Shown piece by piece: positions 30,513 to 41,029 of a stretch of 64,000 bases of DNA. Position 1 is the first letter of the stretch, and every line of letters starts with the position of its first letter. Below the pieces are notes generated by a model, which was not told where the DNA came from, ran no database searches, and was given only the letters and a program-made list of their open reading frames with translations. A program made the position numbers and the translations under genes. The stretch spans positions 64,589-128,588 of the forward strand of contig JBAZXP010000001.1 in the NCBI GenBank assembly GCA_041659805.1, read 5' to 3'. The DNA is from Microgenomates group bacterium (GTDB lineage: Bacteria > Patescibacteriota > Microgenomatia > Daviesbacterales > UBA10151).

Positions 30513-31011
30513 AATCTGTGAATTATAGGACTTTGATGATATTTTGTCAACCTATAGTGAATTTAGGAGAAATATTTTATTTGTACTTCAAAATGTGAAT
30601 ACGACTTGGGTTAAAGGCTTTTAGCCAAAAAATCTCAACGATGACCATTAGTACTCTTAAGCTAAACACCTTACGATGCTTACACTGAGAGCCTATCAAC
30701 CCGGTAGTCTTCCGGGGGTCTTAAAGATTCCTAATCTCAGGATCTGCTTCGTGCTTAGATGCTTTCAGCACTTATCAGGAAAGAACGTAGCTACCCGGCG
30801 CTGCCATTTTGTGACAACCGGCACACTAGAGGTTCCCTCGTCTCGGTCCTCTCGTACTAGAGACAACTTCCCTCAAGAATCAAAACGCCCATACTGGATA
30901 GAGTCCAACCTGTCTCGCGACGGTTTGAACCCAGCTCGCGTACCACTTTAACTGGCGAACAGCCAGACCCTTGGGACCTTCTACAGCCCCAGGATGTGAT
31001 GAGCCGACATC

Positions 31012-31455
31012 GCTGTCTATTTGTCTATAATTACTTATAGGATCAGACTATACCTTCATCCAAATCGGTATATCAGAAAATCAGAGAATCAGCAGATCAG
31101 AAATATCTGAATCGCCGACTCGCCGAAACACTGACAAACTGAACTGGAGCTAGCCTTTTATTCAAGTTTCCTTCCGGATTATCCGGGACCTTGAATCCCT
31201 CCGATGTTACATCGGAGAAGTCGTTACGGGGCCAAATCCAGAAAATCAGAAGAATCAGAAAATCAGAAGAATCAGAAATTTCACTTTCCGATGTTCCGAT
31301 ATTCAGATTTTCAGATATTCCAAACCTAGTTTCCCTCGGTATTATCCTCACATTACTGTCAGGACTTCACCGATTTTAGCTAGTATTTTTTGTTCAAAAA
31401 GATTTCTAATTGTTATAACAGTGCTACAGAATTACTCCTGCCGCACCCCAATGTT
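31012..31455 (-). mobile_element. ORF-less ~440-bp insertion (putative group I intron or intervening sequence) in 23S rRNA at a position equivalent to E. coli ~2499/2500
   Basis: The conserved GGCACCTC|GATGTCGGCTCATCAC is interrupted here: the exons read GGCACCTC ... [insert] ... GATGTCGGCTC. The insert contains AATCAGAA(G/A) microsatellite repeats and no long ORF. Confidence 0.6.
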
Positions 31456-31496
31456 GAGGTGCCGAACGATACCGTCCTTGTGGACTGTTGGGTATC

Positions 31497-31530
<34 letters not shown>

Positions 31531-31842
31531 ATAAGCCTACTCCCTCCCACGAGGTAAGTAGGGATCACTAAAGCCTGCTTTCGCACCTGCTCGACTTGTA
31601 AGTCTTGCAGTCAAGCACACTGTATACTTTTGCGCTTAAATCTCCGTTGCCATTGGAGATAAGTGTACCTTTGCACTCCTCCGTTACTTTTTTGGAGGAA
31701 ACCGCCCCAGTTAAACTGCCCGCCAGACCTTGTTACGGTGCCAGATAATGGCTACCGCTAGAGATTTAAAAATCTAAAAAAGAGGTGTTTCATTGTCGCC
31801 TAAGCTCCCTCCTACTCTACATAAATAAATTTTCAAACCAGG

Positions 31843-31880
<38 letters not shown>

Positions 31881-31981
31881 AAGTATGGGAAGGCCGCATC
31901 TTCACAGCCACTGCAATTTCGCCGAGTCTATCCTCAAGACAGTTCCTAAGTCGTTCTACCTTTCGTGCGGGTCTGAACTCC

Positions 31982-32383
31982 ATTTTAAAACTGTCATTCT
32001 AAAATGAATATACGCACAACTTTACAGTCGTGGTATCTTCTTCTTCAAGCCTTCGGCTTGTAGAATAAATTTTAGAAGTCTTACATTTGTTTTTATGATT
32101 TAATGATTTTTAAATCCTCTACATCGCTATAGAGATCGGACTATATCTTGCCCCGATTGCTCGGGACTCCAACGTGTAGTCTCTGAGGGTTCCCTTACGG
32201 GCCTTCCCTGCTGATTGACTCCACTGATAGATTGTCACTCTTACGAGTACTATCAGATACTGAGTTATTCCAGCATATAGTTGGATTTTCACTACTTAAG
32301 GTTTTTTGCATACTAATCTAGCAATTTTCAACGAATTCCCGAGTGTTGTACATTGCTGTACATTCTAGCAAGTTTGTTTCCGC
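31982..32383 (-). mobile_element. ORF-less ~400-bp AT-rich insertion (putative group I intron or IVS) in 23S rRNA at a position equivalent to E. coli ~1917
   Basis: Exon sequence CCTTGTCTGGTAGGT...[insert]...GGAGTTCAGACCCGCACGAAAGG corresponds to E. coli CCTTGTCGGGTAAGT|TCCGACCTGCACGAATGG. The intervening ~400 nt has no rRNA homology. Confidence 0.55.
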
Positions 32384-33290
32384 ACCTACCAGACAAGGAA
32401 TTTCGCTACCATAGAACAGTTATAGTTACTGCTGCCGTTCACCAGATCTTAGACCCCTTCCTCGTCCCAAAATTACTTCTGGGAGTCAAGAGAGATTTTA
32501 AATTACTGGCACTGGGCAGGTGTCAGCCCCTATACATCAGCTTTCGCTTTAGCAGGGACCTGTGTTTTTGCTAAACAGTCGCTCAGGATCATTAACTGCG
32601 TCCCACATTGCTGCGGGAAGGACATCTTGCAAACTTACGTCCAGCTTTTGTTGCCGAGTTCCTTAAGGATAGTTCTCTCGATCGCCTGTGTATACTCAAC
32701 TCGCCCACCTGTGTCGGTTTGTGGTACGGCTTGATACTGTCCCCTTTACGAAACTTTTCCTGAAAACAGAATATCATTCACTTACGTATTCGTAACTCGA
32801 ATATGCATTCTGACAAGTCTTGCGACTAATCAGAACGTCCTGACTTGCGTCAGGCTGAGAACGGATTTTGCCTATTCTCACTTCCTTGTCACTTAAACCC
32901 CCATATAGAGGGCTAAATTAATCCCATTTTGTCCTTCCGTAAAGTATGCACGAACAGCACATATACCCGAATTTTGACGGGTATTCCATCGACTACGCCA
33001 TTTGGCCTCGTCTAAGGTACCGATTAACCCTGATCTGATTAACATTGATCAGGAAACCTTGGGCATTCGGCGTTAATGTTTTTCACATTAATTTCGCTAC
33101 TCATACCGGCATTCTCACTTCTATGCGCTCCACCCTGCCTCACGACAAAACTTCACTGCACATAAAACGCTCCCCTACCACGCAACTGATAAATCTCAGT
33201 TGCATCCGTAGCTTCGGTAGAACTTTTAGCCCCGGTTCGTTGTCGGCGCGAAATCCCGTAGTAGACCAGCGAGCTGTTACGCTTTCTTTA

Positions 33291-33327
<37 letters not shown>

Positions 33328-33893
33328 AAGGAATTTCACATCCTTTAACACTTAAAGTTCATTTAGGGACCTTAGCTGTCGGTCTGGGTTGTTTCCCTCA
33401 GGACCGCTCCGCTTAGCCGGATCGGACTGACTCCTGTTACACACGTTAGTATTCGGAGTTTGATTGGATTGACAGTCTTACGACCATCAGATCCATCCAG
33501 TGCTCTACCCCTAACGTGATTGCGCAGGGCTATACCTCAATATATTTCGGGGAGAACCAGCTATCTCCGAGTTCGATAGGCATATCACCTCTAACCACAC
33601 CTCATCCTAGACTATTGATACAGTCACAAGTTCGGGCCTTCCCCGCCTTTTACAGCAGGTTCACCCTGGACATGGTTAGCTCACTCGGTTTCGGGTCTGC
33701 CATATTCTCCTAAATCGCCCGGTTAGGGCTCGCTTTCACTACGCCTACAAACATTACTGTTCTTAGACTTGGAGAATAAGACAACTCACCGGTTCATTCT
33801 TCAAAAGGCACACGGTTCCCTGAATTAAATTCAGGGTTCCGCAGCTTGACAACATACGGTTTCAGGTACTATTTCACTGAGCGTTCCGCTCTT

Positions 33894-33933
<40 letters not shown>

Positions 33934-34735
33934 CGAAAGTATATTTAGCCTTAACAAGTGGTCTTGCTAGCTTCACCCAGGATTACACGTGTCCTAGGTT
34001 ACTCAGGAGTCCGACCACGGCAGTCCAGATTTCGCTTACAGGGCTATCACCCTCTTTGGCATTCCTTTCCAGGAATTTCAGCTATCCGTTCTACTCGCTA
34101 CTGTCGGTCCTACAACCCCACGGGTTTCAAGTATTGCTACCTGAAGTGATCTGTGGTTTGGGCTTTTCCCTTTTCGCTCGCCACTACTAGGGGAATAAAC
34201 TATTGTTCTCTTTTCCTGCGCTTACTTAGATGTTTCAGTTCAGCGCGTACCCCTCCCGACGTTATGAATTGGCGTCGGGATAATTATCGATTAAGATAAT
34301 TGGATTATTCCATTCGGAAACCTCTGGATCATAGCTTCTTAGCAGCTTCCCAGAGACTATCGCGGCTTAGTGCGTCCTTCTTCGGTACTTTCGACCAAGG
34401 CATCCACCGTATGCATTATTGTTGAGTATCTTTTGGCTTGTATTTCAGTTAGTCAGAGTTTCAGAGGATCAGCAAATCAGAAAATTCTGACTCGCCGATT
34501 CGCCGATCTTGCCGACCTGCTGAATAATTTGGCCTTCTTCCCAAAATAGGTTACAGGTTTTAGGTTACAGGTTACAGAATTCTTGCGTTTCCTGTTCACT
34601 GTAAACTGTCCCCTGTTCACTATTTTATAAATCGTATTCACATTTCAAAGTGCAAAAATCCAGATTATCTGGAACTCAGAATACCGGAAGTTAATTCCGA
34701 TGCTCTGAGTTAACAGATCATCCAAACTGTCCCCT

Positions 34736-34811
34736 TGGTGGACCCAAGGAGGATCGAACTCCTGACCTCCTCATTGCAAATGAGGCGCTCTACCAACTGA
34801 GCCATGGGCCC
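34736..34811 (-). tRNA. tRNA-Ala (anticodon TGC), CCA encoded
   Basis: Reverse complement GGGCCCATGGCTCAGTTGGTAGAGCGCCTCATTTGCAATGAGGAGGTCAGGAGTTCGATCCTCCTTGGGTCCACCA forms a cloverleaf with anticodon loop TTTGCAA. It lies upstream of the 23S in the same orientation. Confidence 0.85.
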
Positions 34812-35060
34812 TGGCTACTACTCTCTGGTCCCATGTCTCGCGCTTACGCACTGATCCATGGGCCCGACTCATTTATATTCAAATTTAAAATGTATAATGT
34901 AAAATTGATAATTAAAAAATTCTACATTCTAAATTATCAATTACAAAGAGGGATACAACGCTAAATGTGTCTTGCTTCCTCGCACCAAGGAAGTCTTGAA
35001 GCGAGTGTTAAATTAATGGTGCGTTGGTTCTCATGTATTAACTTTTGAATTTTATCAAAG

Positions 35061-36335
35061 TTAGCTAGCCTTGTCAACCTCAGGTTGAAGCTGATTTTCT
35101 TCTTGATCCAAAGACTGAATATATCTGGCAGCATACATTCTTTCAGCCATCTTTTTCCAATCCCTTAATGGTTCTGACATCAATAAAAACATGGTTCTAT
35201 CAAAAGTAAAACCTGCATCCCGTAAATAACAAATAGCCTCCATTGAATCAACTAATAATTGATCATATTCAGTGACAAATACTTTTTCAATCACTCTTTT
35301 AACCATATTCTCCCTTTTTACTCCTGTATGTTTTTTGAACGATTCAACACAATCTTTAGCCACCTTTTGTCTCCATTCGCCAGGAAAGCAATTATATCTT
35401 TTATTTTTTTTGAAAAGTCTAAAAATATCCGAACTGTCATCAATATTTATACTTCCAATCCTTAAATATGCTAAAATCTCCTCTCTGGAATCATTTTCTC
35501 CCTCCTGTCTTTCTTTTCTTAACATTCTTGTGAGTAAAAGTTCTTGTGTTGGCAAGTCCTTTTTACATTTAACTAATGAATCAGGAAGGTCATCAATAGG
35601 AATTGCGTTTGCAAGTTTATGTAGATACAAAGGAACGATTAAAGATCCGTCTTCCAGACTCTGATATCCGTTTTCCAGATAATTGGCATATGAACTCTGA
35701 AAAAAATAATTCAAAGCATGCTGCTCCTCATGCGTCCGGTACGAAATCATCTCCGCTTCACTTTCCAAATCTACATTTTCCACAATTATTGAACCCTCCA
35801 AATTTGGATCATTAAACAACTCATATCCGAGAAACATTCCACCGGTTCCAGAAGCTTCCCTTAATAAAGAACGATTCATGGAAAAATTGTTGCTTTGCAT
35901 TTCCCTGTTCGTCAACAAAGCATAATCATGGAGATCATGACACACAAAATTAAAAGTAATAGGCCTTAAATCAATAATCACTTTTCCCTGAGGCTCGATA
36001 CCACAAACAGCTTTAAAAAGCTGATTATCACAAGGATATGCTTCTCGAACCTCTTTCATCCGTTGGCGCCGACTAATATATCTTCCGATCGTATAATTAG
36101 TCAAACCAATCTGTTCATCATCCATTCCGATTAGTTCTATATATTCATCGGCTAAGCTAAAAAGTTTTTCTGGGTCCAAGTCAGGATCTTCATAAACCAC
36201 CCCTACCAAATGCTCCATCATTGAAGCTACTCCTTCTTTTCTTTCGGCATAGCCCATTAGATTTTGTCTGAATAGTGAAGTATTTTCTGCGTTCATGACT
36301 ATGGGATTATAGGAATATTTTAAAAATTTTGTCAA
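35061..36335 (-). CDS. hypothetical protein containing an HExxH motif (HEEQH)
   Basis: 424-aa ORF with no recognisable family. A possible zincin-like HEEQH motif sits at about aa 200. Separated from the upstream ORF by 8 nt, suggesting an operon. Confidence 0.4.
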   Translation of the reverse strand: MTKFLKYSYNPIVMNAENTSLFRQNLMGYAERKEGVASMMEHLVGVVYEDPDLDPEKLFSLADEYIELIGMDDEQIGLTNYTIGRYISRRQRMKEVREAYPCDNQLFKAVCGIEPQGKVIIDLRPITFNFVCHDLHDYALLTNREMQSNNFSMNRSLLREASGTGGMFLGYELFNDPNLEGSIIVENVDLESEAEMISYRTHEEQHALNYFFQSSYANYLENGYQSLEDGSLIVPLYLHKLANAIPIDDLPDSLVKCKKDLPTQELLLTRMLRKERQEGENDSREEILAYLRIGSINIDDSSDIFRLFKKNKRYNCFPGEWRQKVAKDCVESFKKHTGVKRENMVKRVIEKVFVTEYDQLLVDSMEAICYLRDAGFTFDRTMFLLMSEPLRDWKKMAERMYAARYIQSLDQEENQLQPEVDKAS

Positions 36336-36342
36336 TGCGCAA

Positions 36343-36699
36343 TCAAACTGGAGGCATCTGTCTCGTATTTAATAGTCTGTAAGCTTCCTCACCGAAATTT
36401 AAATTAATCCCTTTTAATGCAGCCAACATTGAGGTAGCCCCACAAACCTTATTACGCACGAAAATCCCGTTTTCAGAATCGTTTTCTATCTGAACGTAAG
36501 CTGAAAAAGGCGGCGCGCCGACTTCTGTATTTTTCCTGACTATTACCCTGTGCAAATTTCCGCCATATGGAAAAATTAAATCAGGATTTTGAGTCAGAGC
36601 ATCCAGAATTTCCGGTGTCATAGAGTATCCCGGTAAATAGCTGCTGTCTTCTGTTTGTCTTATTTGTTGCTCACACATAGGGGTAATATGCCACATCAA
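36343..36699 (-). CDS. hypothetical protein
   Basis: 118-aa ORF immediately upstream of 35061..36335 on the same strand. Confidence 0.35.
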   Translation of the reverse strand: MMWHITPMCEQQIRQTEDSSYLPGYSMTPEILDALTQNPDLIFPYGGNLHRVIVRKNTEVGAPPFSAYVQIENDSENGIFVRNKVCGATSMLAALKGINLNFGEEAYRLLNTRQMPPV

Positions 36700-36762
36700 G
36701 CCTCAGAGGTCAATTTTTTAAACATTTTTGATAAATTTTATACATTATGTTAAATTTCTAAC

Positions 36763-37413
36763 ATGATTACAGTTCCTGAAATAGTAGAAGAAATGATAAA
36801 GCAGACTCCTTTTTTAGAGGAAGGCCTTTCATTAGGAATTATTGACCTTTCTTCTCTTGCCAGAAAGTTTCAACCCGAAATTCAAAAAAAGCTTTATAAA
36901 GATATTCAAATAGGCGCAATTGTTATGGCTTTAAAAAGATTAAGTTCTACTCTTAAAATTAAACAACAGAAATCTAATCCTCTTTTTGCTGGATTAGATA
37001 ATATGACTGTACGTTCTAATTTAATTGAATATAGTTTTGAAAACTCCCCTACTTTGTCTGAAAAGGAAATAGAACTACTCTCGTGCGTTGATAAAGAAAA
37101 AGATGGGTTTTTAACTTTTACTCATGGAGTATTTGAAACCACTCTTATTATTAGCTCTATATTCACTAAAGAAGTTGAAAGAATTTACAAAGGTGAAACC
37201 CTTCGCTTAAAACTAAATAATCTTTCTGCTATAACCTTAATTTTACCAAAAGAGGCACTTAACCAACCTGGTGTTTATTACACAGTATTAAAAACCTTAG
37301 CTTGGGAGGGAATCAACGTGATTGAAGGTATTTCAAGTTTTACAGAGTTAACTCTAACTTTTGAAAACAGTCAAGTGGATAAAGCTTTTTCAGCTCTCAA
37401 AAAACTCTCTTAA
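36763..37413 (+). CDS. hypothetical protein, possibly ACT-domain-like
   Basis: 216-aa ORF. The C-terminal LSAITLILPKEALNQPGVYYTVLKTLAWEGINVIEGISS resembles an ACT regulatory fold. Tentative. Confidence 0.35.
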   Translation: MITVPEIVEEMIKQTPFLEEGLSLGIIDLSSLARKFQPEIQKKLYKDIQIGAIVMALKRLSSTLKIKQQKSNPLFAGLDNMTVRSNLIEYSFENSPTLSEKEIELLSCVDKEKDGFLTFTHGVFETTLIISSIFTKEVERIYKGETLRLKLNNLSAITLILPKEALNQPGVYYTVLKTLAWEGINVIEGISSFTELTLTFENSQVDKAFSALKKLS

Positions 37414-38433
37414 TTATTTAGCAGAAATATTAAGAATCTGTTCAACTAATCTATTAGAATACCCAAATTCATTGTCATACCAGGCAAAGACTTTAACTAA
37501 ATCCCCATCAACCACTTGAGTTAAAGATAAATCAATTATGGCTGATTCACTCCTACCAATAATATCAGATGAAACAAGTGGTTCTTCACTCCAGGTAGCA
37601 ATATTTTTCCATCTTGGTGTTTCACAGGCGTCTTTTATGGCTTGATTTAGCTCTTCTACAGTTGTTTTAGTTTTCAAAAGAAAGGTAAAATCAACAATTG
37701 AACCTAAAATAACAGGCACACGAATGGCTACCCCATCAAATAAACCTTTGAGTTCTGGAATAACTTCTGTGGTAGAAATTGCTGCACCAGTGGTGGTAGG
37801 AATAATATTAGAGTAGGCAGCGCGAGCCCGGCGCAAATCATTACTTTTCCCTCCCGGAGGAGGTCCGTCAACCAAATTTTGTTCTGCAGTTACTGCATGA
37901 GTGGTGGTCATCAAAGCTTTTAGGATTCCAAATTTATCATGCAGAATAGCTGCCACAGGAGCCACACAATTAGTGGTACATGAGGCATTATTTATCATTT
38001 GCTCACCCTGATATTTATCTTGATTTACCCCCATTAAAAATGTTCCGACATTACCACCTTTACCTGGGGCTGATAAAATTACCTTTTTTGCCCCTGCTAA
38101 AATGTGTTGCTGCAGGTCTTCCTCTTTTGTAAATCTGCCAGTACATTCTAAAACCACATCAACCCCTAAAGTACCCCATGGGAGGTTTGCAGGGATCTTT
38201 TCTGCCAAGATTGGGTATTTTTTGTTATCAATAATGATATTTTGGGCTTCTGCAAAGACCTCTTTACCCCATCTACCATAGGCAGAATCATGTTGGAGAA
38301 GGTGAGCTAAAACAGGGGCTTCTGTTAAATCATTAATAGCAATCACATCAATTTGATCACTATATTTTTCCACAATAATTTTAAATGCAGCTCTTCCAAT
38401 TCTTCCAAATCCATTCACAGCAACTTTTATCAT
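37414..38433 (-). CDS. gap: glyceraldehyde-3-phosphate dehydrogenase
   Basis: MIKVAVNGFGRIGR Rossmann N-terminus. Catalytic ASCTTNCVAP(V) motif. 339 aa. Confidence 0.9.
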   Translation of the reverse strand: MIKVAVNGFGRIGRAAFKIIVEKYSDQIDVIAINDLTEAPVLAHLLQHDSAYGRWGKEVFAEAQNIIIDNKKYPILAEKIPANLPWGTLGVDVVLECTGRFTKEEDLQQHILAGAKKVILSAPGKGGNVGTFLMGVNQDKYQGEQMINNASCTTNCVAPVAAILHDKFGILKALMTTTHAVTAEQNLVDGPPPGGKSNDLRRARAAYSNIIPTTTGAAISTTEVIPELKGLFDGVAIRVPVILGSIVDFTFLLKTKTTVEELNQAIKDACETPRWKNIATWSEEPLVSSDIIGRSESAIIDLSLTQVVDGDLVKVFAWYDNEFGYSNRLVEQILNISAK

Positions 38434-38505
38434 AATTTTAGTATAACGAAAATTACAGGATCTCGCTACCAGCGAGTAGCCCTATATAGGTTTAGATTAG
38501 CATAA

Positions 38506-39474
38506 TCACTTTAAGGCTTCAATCGTTGGGAGTGTTCCTGTTTCCAAAAACTTCAGCATTGCCCCACCCCCTGTTGAAACGAAAGAAATTTTTGATAAAT
38601 CTTTTAATTTATTCAGGTAAGCAATTGTATCCCCTCCTCCAATAATACTTTTAGCATCTGAGGCAATAACTGCTTCTGCTATCATCCCGGTCTGGTTATT
38701 TTTAGAATCTTCTATTTTACCCAAAGGCCCATTCCATAAAATCATTTTGGCAGAAGATATAATAGGAACCCATTTGCTAACTGTTTCAGCTGTAATATCT
38801 TCCTGATCAACTGTTAAATCAGCCAAAATCAGATTCTCAGGCAAATCAGTTCTTTTTTTAAGCTCTGCAATAATTTTCCCACCTACTAAAACCTGATCAG
38901 CCACTTTAGATAAAGCCAGAGCAGCAGGTAATTTATCATCTACCTTTAACCCTCCAATAATTACCACTAGTGGTTTTTCAGGATTTTCCCTTACTTCTGT
39001 TAAAGTTTCTATTTCTTTGGCAAATTGTAACCCAGCAGCATGAGGTAAAAGCATGGGTAAAATCGTGGTTGATGCTGCCTTGTGATGGGAAGCAAAAGCA
39101 TCATTGACATAAAAATTGCCTAAAGCAGCCAACTCTTTGGCATAATAAACACTCGCTTCTTCTTCCCCTTTTTCAAACCTTAAATTCTCCAGTAATTGTA
39201 ATTTACCACTATCTAATTCATCACCAAATCCATGTTCCACCAACCAATTAAAAATAGGAGCAACTGATAGTTCTTCTACTTTCTTACCATTTGGCCTACC
39301 AATGTGCCCCATAACAATAACTTTTGCAGCCGACTCCAAACAAAGTTCAAGAGTGGGCATTCCGGCAACCAACCTAAAATCATCAACTACCCTACCATCT
39401 TCTATTGGGACGTCGATATCTAAACGGAGTAAAACTTTTTTACCTTTTATTAAGGGGGCAGAAACAACTTGCAT
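38506..39474 (-). CDS. pgk: phosphoglycerate kinase (short form)
   Basis: N-terminal RLDIDVP...D..R.....PT......GA.V....H.GRP.G pattern (LRLDIDVPIEDGRVVDDFRLVAGMPTLELCLESAAKVIVMGHIGRPNGK). Glycine-rich C-terminal domain GGGDT / STGGGA. Confidence 0.75.
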   Translation of the reverse strand: MQVVSAPLIKGKKVLLRLDIDVPIEDGRVVDDFRLVAGMPTLELCLESAAKVIVMGHIGRPNGKKVEELSVAPIFNWLVEHGFGDELDSGKLQLLENLRFEKGEEEASVYYAKELAALGNFYVNDAFASHHKAASTTILPMLLPHAAGLQFAKEIETLTEVRENPEKPLVVIIGGLKVDDKLPAALALSKVADQVLVGGKIIAELKKRTDLPENLILADLTVDQEDITAETVSKWVPIISSAKMILWNGPLGKIEDSKNNQTGMIAEAVIASDAKSIIGGGDTIAYLNKLKDLSKISFVSTGGGAMLKFLETGTLPTIEALK

Positions 39475-39638
39475 ATATAAATCCTAACATAATTGTCGAT
39501 GTTAGTGAAAAATGTTATACTTACCCTCAGTTTTGGGCACGTAGTTCACTGGGAAGGCAGAAACTTTGTTTTCTGCCTTGCGATCCCGATTTATCGGGAT
39601 CTAATGAACGCTTTATTGATTTTGAAAGCATTGTAAAA

Positions 39639-39710
39639 GGGCCGGTAGTTCACTGGTAGAACGCTTCACTGATAATGAAGAAGTAGATGGTTCGATTCCA
39701 TCCCGGCCCA
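39639..39710 (+). tRNA. tRNA-Ile (anticodon GAT)
   Basis: GGGCCGGTAGTTCACTGGTAGAACGCTTCACTGATAATGAAGAAGTAGATGGTTCGATTCCATCCCGGCCCA folds as a cloverleaf: acceptor GGGCCGG/CCGGCCC, anticodon stem CTTCA/TGAAG, loop CTGATAA. Confidence 0.8.
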
Positions 39711-39756
39711 CAGATGCTTTCAAAATATCAAAAATTTAGTAAAAAATTTTTGAATA

Positions 39757-39797
39757 TAATGAAGAAGTAGATGGTTCGATTCCATCCGTGCCCACTT
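39757..39797 (+). repeat. partial direct repeat of the 3' half of tRNA-Ile (att-like scar)
   Basis: ATAATGAAGAAGTAGATGGTTCGATTCCATCC is identical to the tRNA 3' half over 32 nt, then diverges (gtgcccac vs cggcccac). Located 46 bp downstream of the intact tRNA. Confidence 0.7.
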
Positions 39798-39868
39798 AAT
39801 CCCTTTTTTCCTTTTGGCGAGATGGCGAATCAGCATAACGCGGTCGTCTGCAAAACGACTATTGGCGG

Positions 39869-40663
39869 GTGCAACTCCCGCTCTCGCCTCACAATAGATA
39901 TCTTGATTTTCGTCTTTTGTTTGGGTACTCTTATTTTATGCACCCTACTGCCCTTAAAGATTCTCGAGGAGGACATAACCACGCTCAGATAAACCAAGAT
40001 TTCTTTAAAACATGGTCCCCTGCCATGTCTTATATCTTAGGTTTTATTTTTGCAGATGGTGCCATCGAAGATGTACAAAAATCTTCCAGAACATACTACA
40101 TATCAATAACTAGCAAAGATCTATCCATTTTAAATAGTATTAAAAAGTTTATGAGTTCCACACATAAATTATATACAAAGCCTCTTCAAAAAATACTTTA
40201 TCCTGGGGGCAAATATTATATTTCTAGCGAACGATTCGTTCTAAGAATTGGAAGTAAAAATATGTATAACGATTTATTGAAACTTGGAGTCACCCCAAGA
40301 AAATCACTTAGTATTAAATTTCCAATTGTTCCAACCGAATATTTATCTTTTTTTATAAGAGGTTATTTCGATGGAGACGGGTGTCTACACCTTCTCAAAG
40401 GAATATATCCAAGATTGATATTTACGTCTGGAAGTAATCAATTTTTTGAAGGGTTATCGGCAACTCTATCTCAAACTTTACAAATACCTATTAAATCAGC
40501 TTATCAGCAACTACAGCAAAGCAATAATTTTTGTTACCGCCTACATTACAATACGAAAATTAGTCATCTAATTTTAGAGTATATGTATAGAGATTTAGAA
40601 AAAGCCCCATTTTTAGATAGAAAGTATGTTATTTATCAGAAATATTTACAAACAAAAGAATAA
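39869..40663 (+). CDS. free-standing double-motif LAGLIDADG homing endonuclease
   Basis: Two LAGLIDADG-type motifs: ILGFIFADGAIED and FFIRGYFDGDGCLHL. About 240-264 aa; the true start may be at an internal Met. Confidence 0.65.
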   Translation: MQLPLSPHNRYLDFRLLFGYSYFMHPTALKDSRGGHNHAQINQDFFKTWSPAMSYILGFIFADGAIEDVQKSSRTYYISITSKDLSILNSIKKFMSSTHKLYTKPLQKILYPGGKYYISSERFVLRIGSKNMYNDLLKLGVTPRKSLSIKFPIVPTEYLSFFIRGYFDGDGCLHLLKGIYPRLIFTSGSNQFFEGLSATLSQTLQIPIKSAYQQLQQSNNFCYRLHYNTKISHLILEYMYRDLEKAPFLDRKYVIYQKYLQTKE

Positions 40664-40702
40664 TCTATATTTCGCCCGCACCTCTGAATTTTTCTTCAAA
40701 AT

Positions 40703-41029
40703 TTATTCTACTTTGGAATTAGGATCGTTTGGGTTGGGCACTTTATAAAGAGGATGTTCTTTTTCAGTTACATCAGGCCGTTTCCCAAACAACATCATTC
40801 CTAATTTACCTAATAACGACATTGTTTTTGTAGACTCTGGTGTAACAACTTCCGTATTTTCTTTTTTATGAGGGTCTATTCCTAATATACCTCTTTCAGT
40901 GTAAGGTGATCCTTTTTCGGGATAATCACCTTGTTTAAACCATTTCCCTAATATCCCTTCATCTTCGAGTATTTGCCCCTTCGGTTTTTCAACATTTTTT
41001 ATCTCCCCTATCTCAGTGTTGCTTTCCAT
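40703..41029 (-). CDS. hypothetical small protein
   Basis: 108-aa ORF in the region between the 16S 3' end and the LAGLIDADG gene. No motif. Confidence 0.3.
   Translation of the reverse strand: MESNTEIGEIKNVEKPKGQILEDEGILGKWFKQGDYPEKGSPYTERGILGIDPHKKENTEVVTPESTKTMSLLGKLGMMLFGKRPDVTEKEHPLYKVPNPNDPNSKVE

Noticed and set aside
34520-34640. Short tandem repeats (ggttacaggttttaggttacaggttacag; cctgttcactgtaaactgtcccctgttcact) in the tRNA-Ala/23S spacer as a possible CRISPR array
   Set aside because: Only 2-3 imperfect copies with no regular spacer structure and no cas genes nearby. More consistent with pre-rRNA processing stems or simple repeats.
39302-39659. ORFs 39302..39487 and 39405..39659 overlapping the pgk start and the tRNA-Ile
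   Set aside because: Antisense to pgk or overlapping a confident tRNA. No protein-like features.
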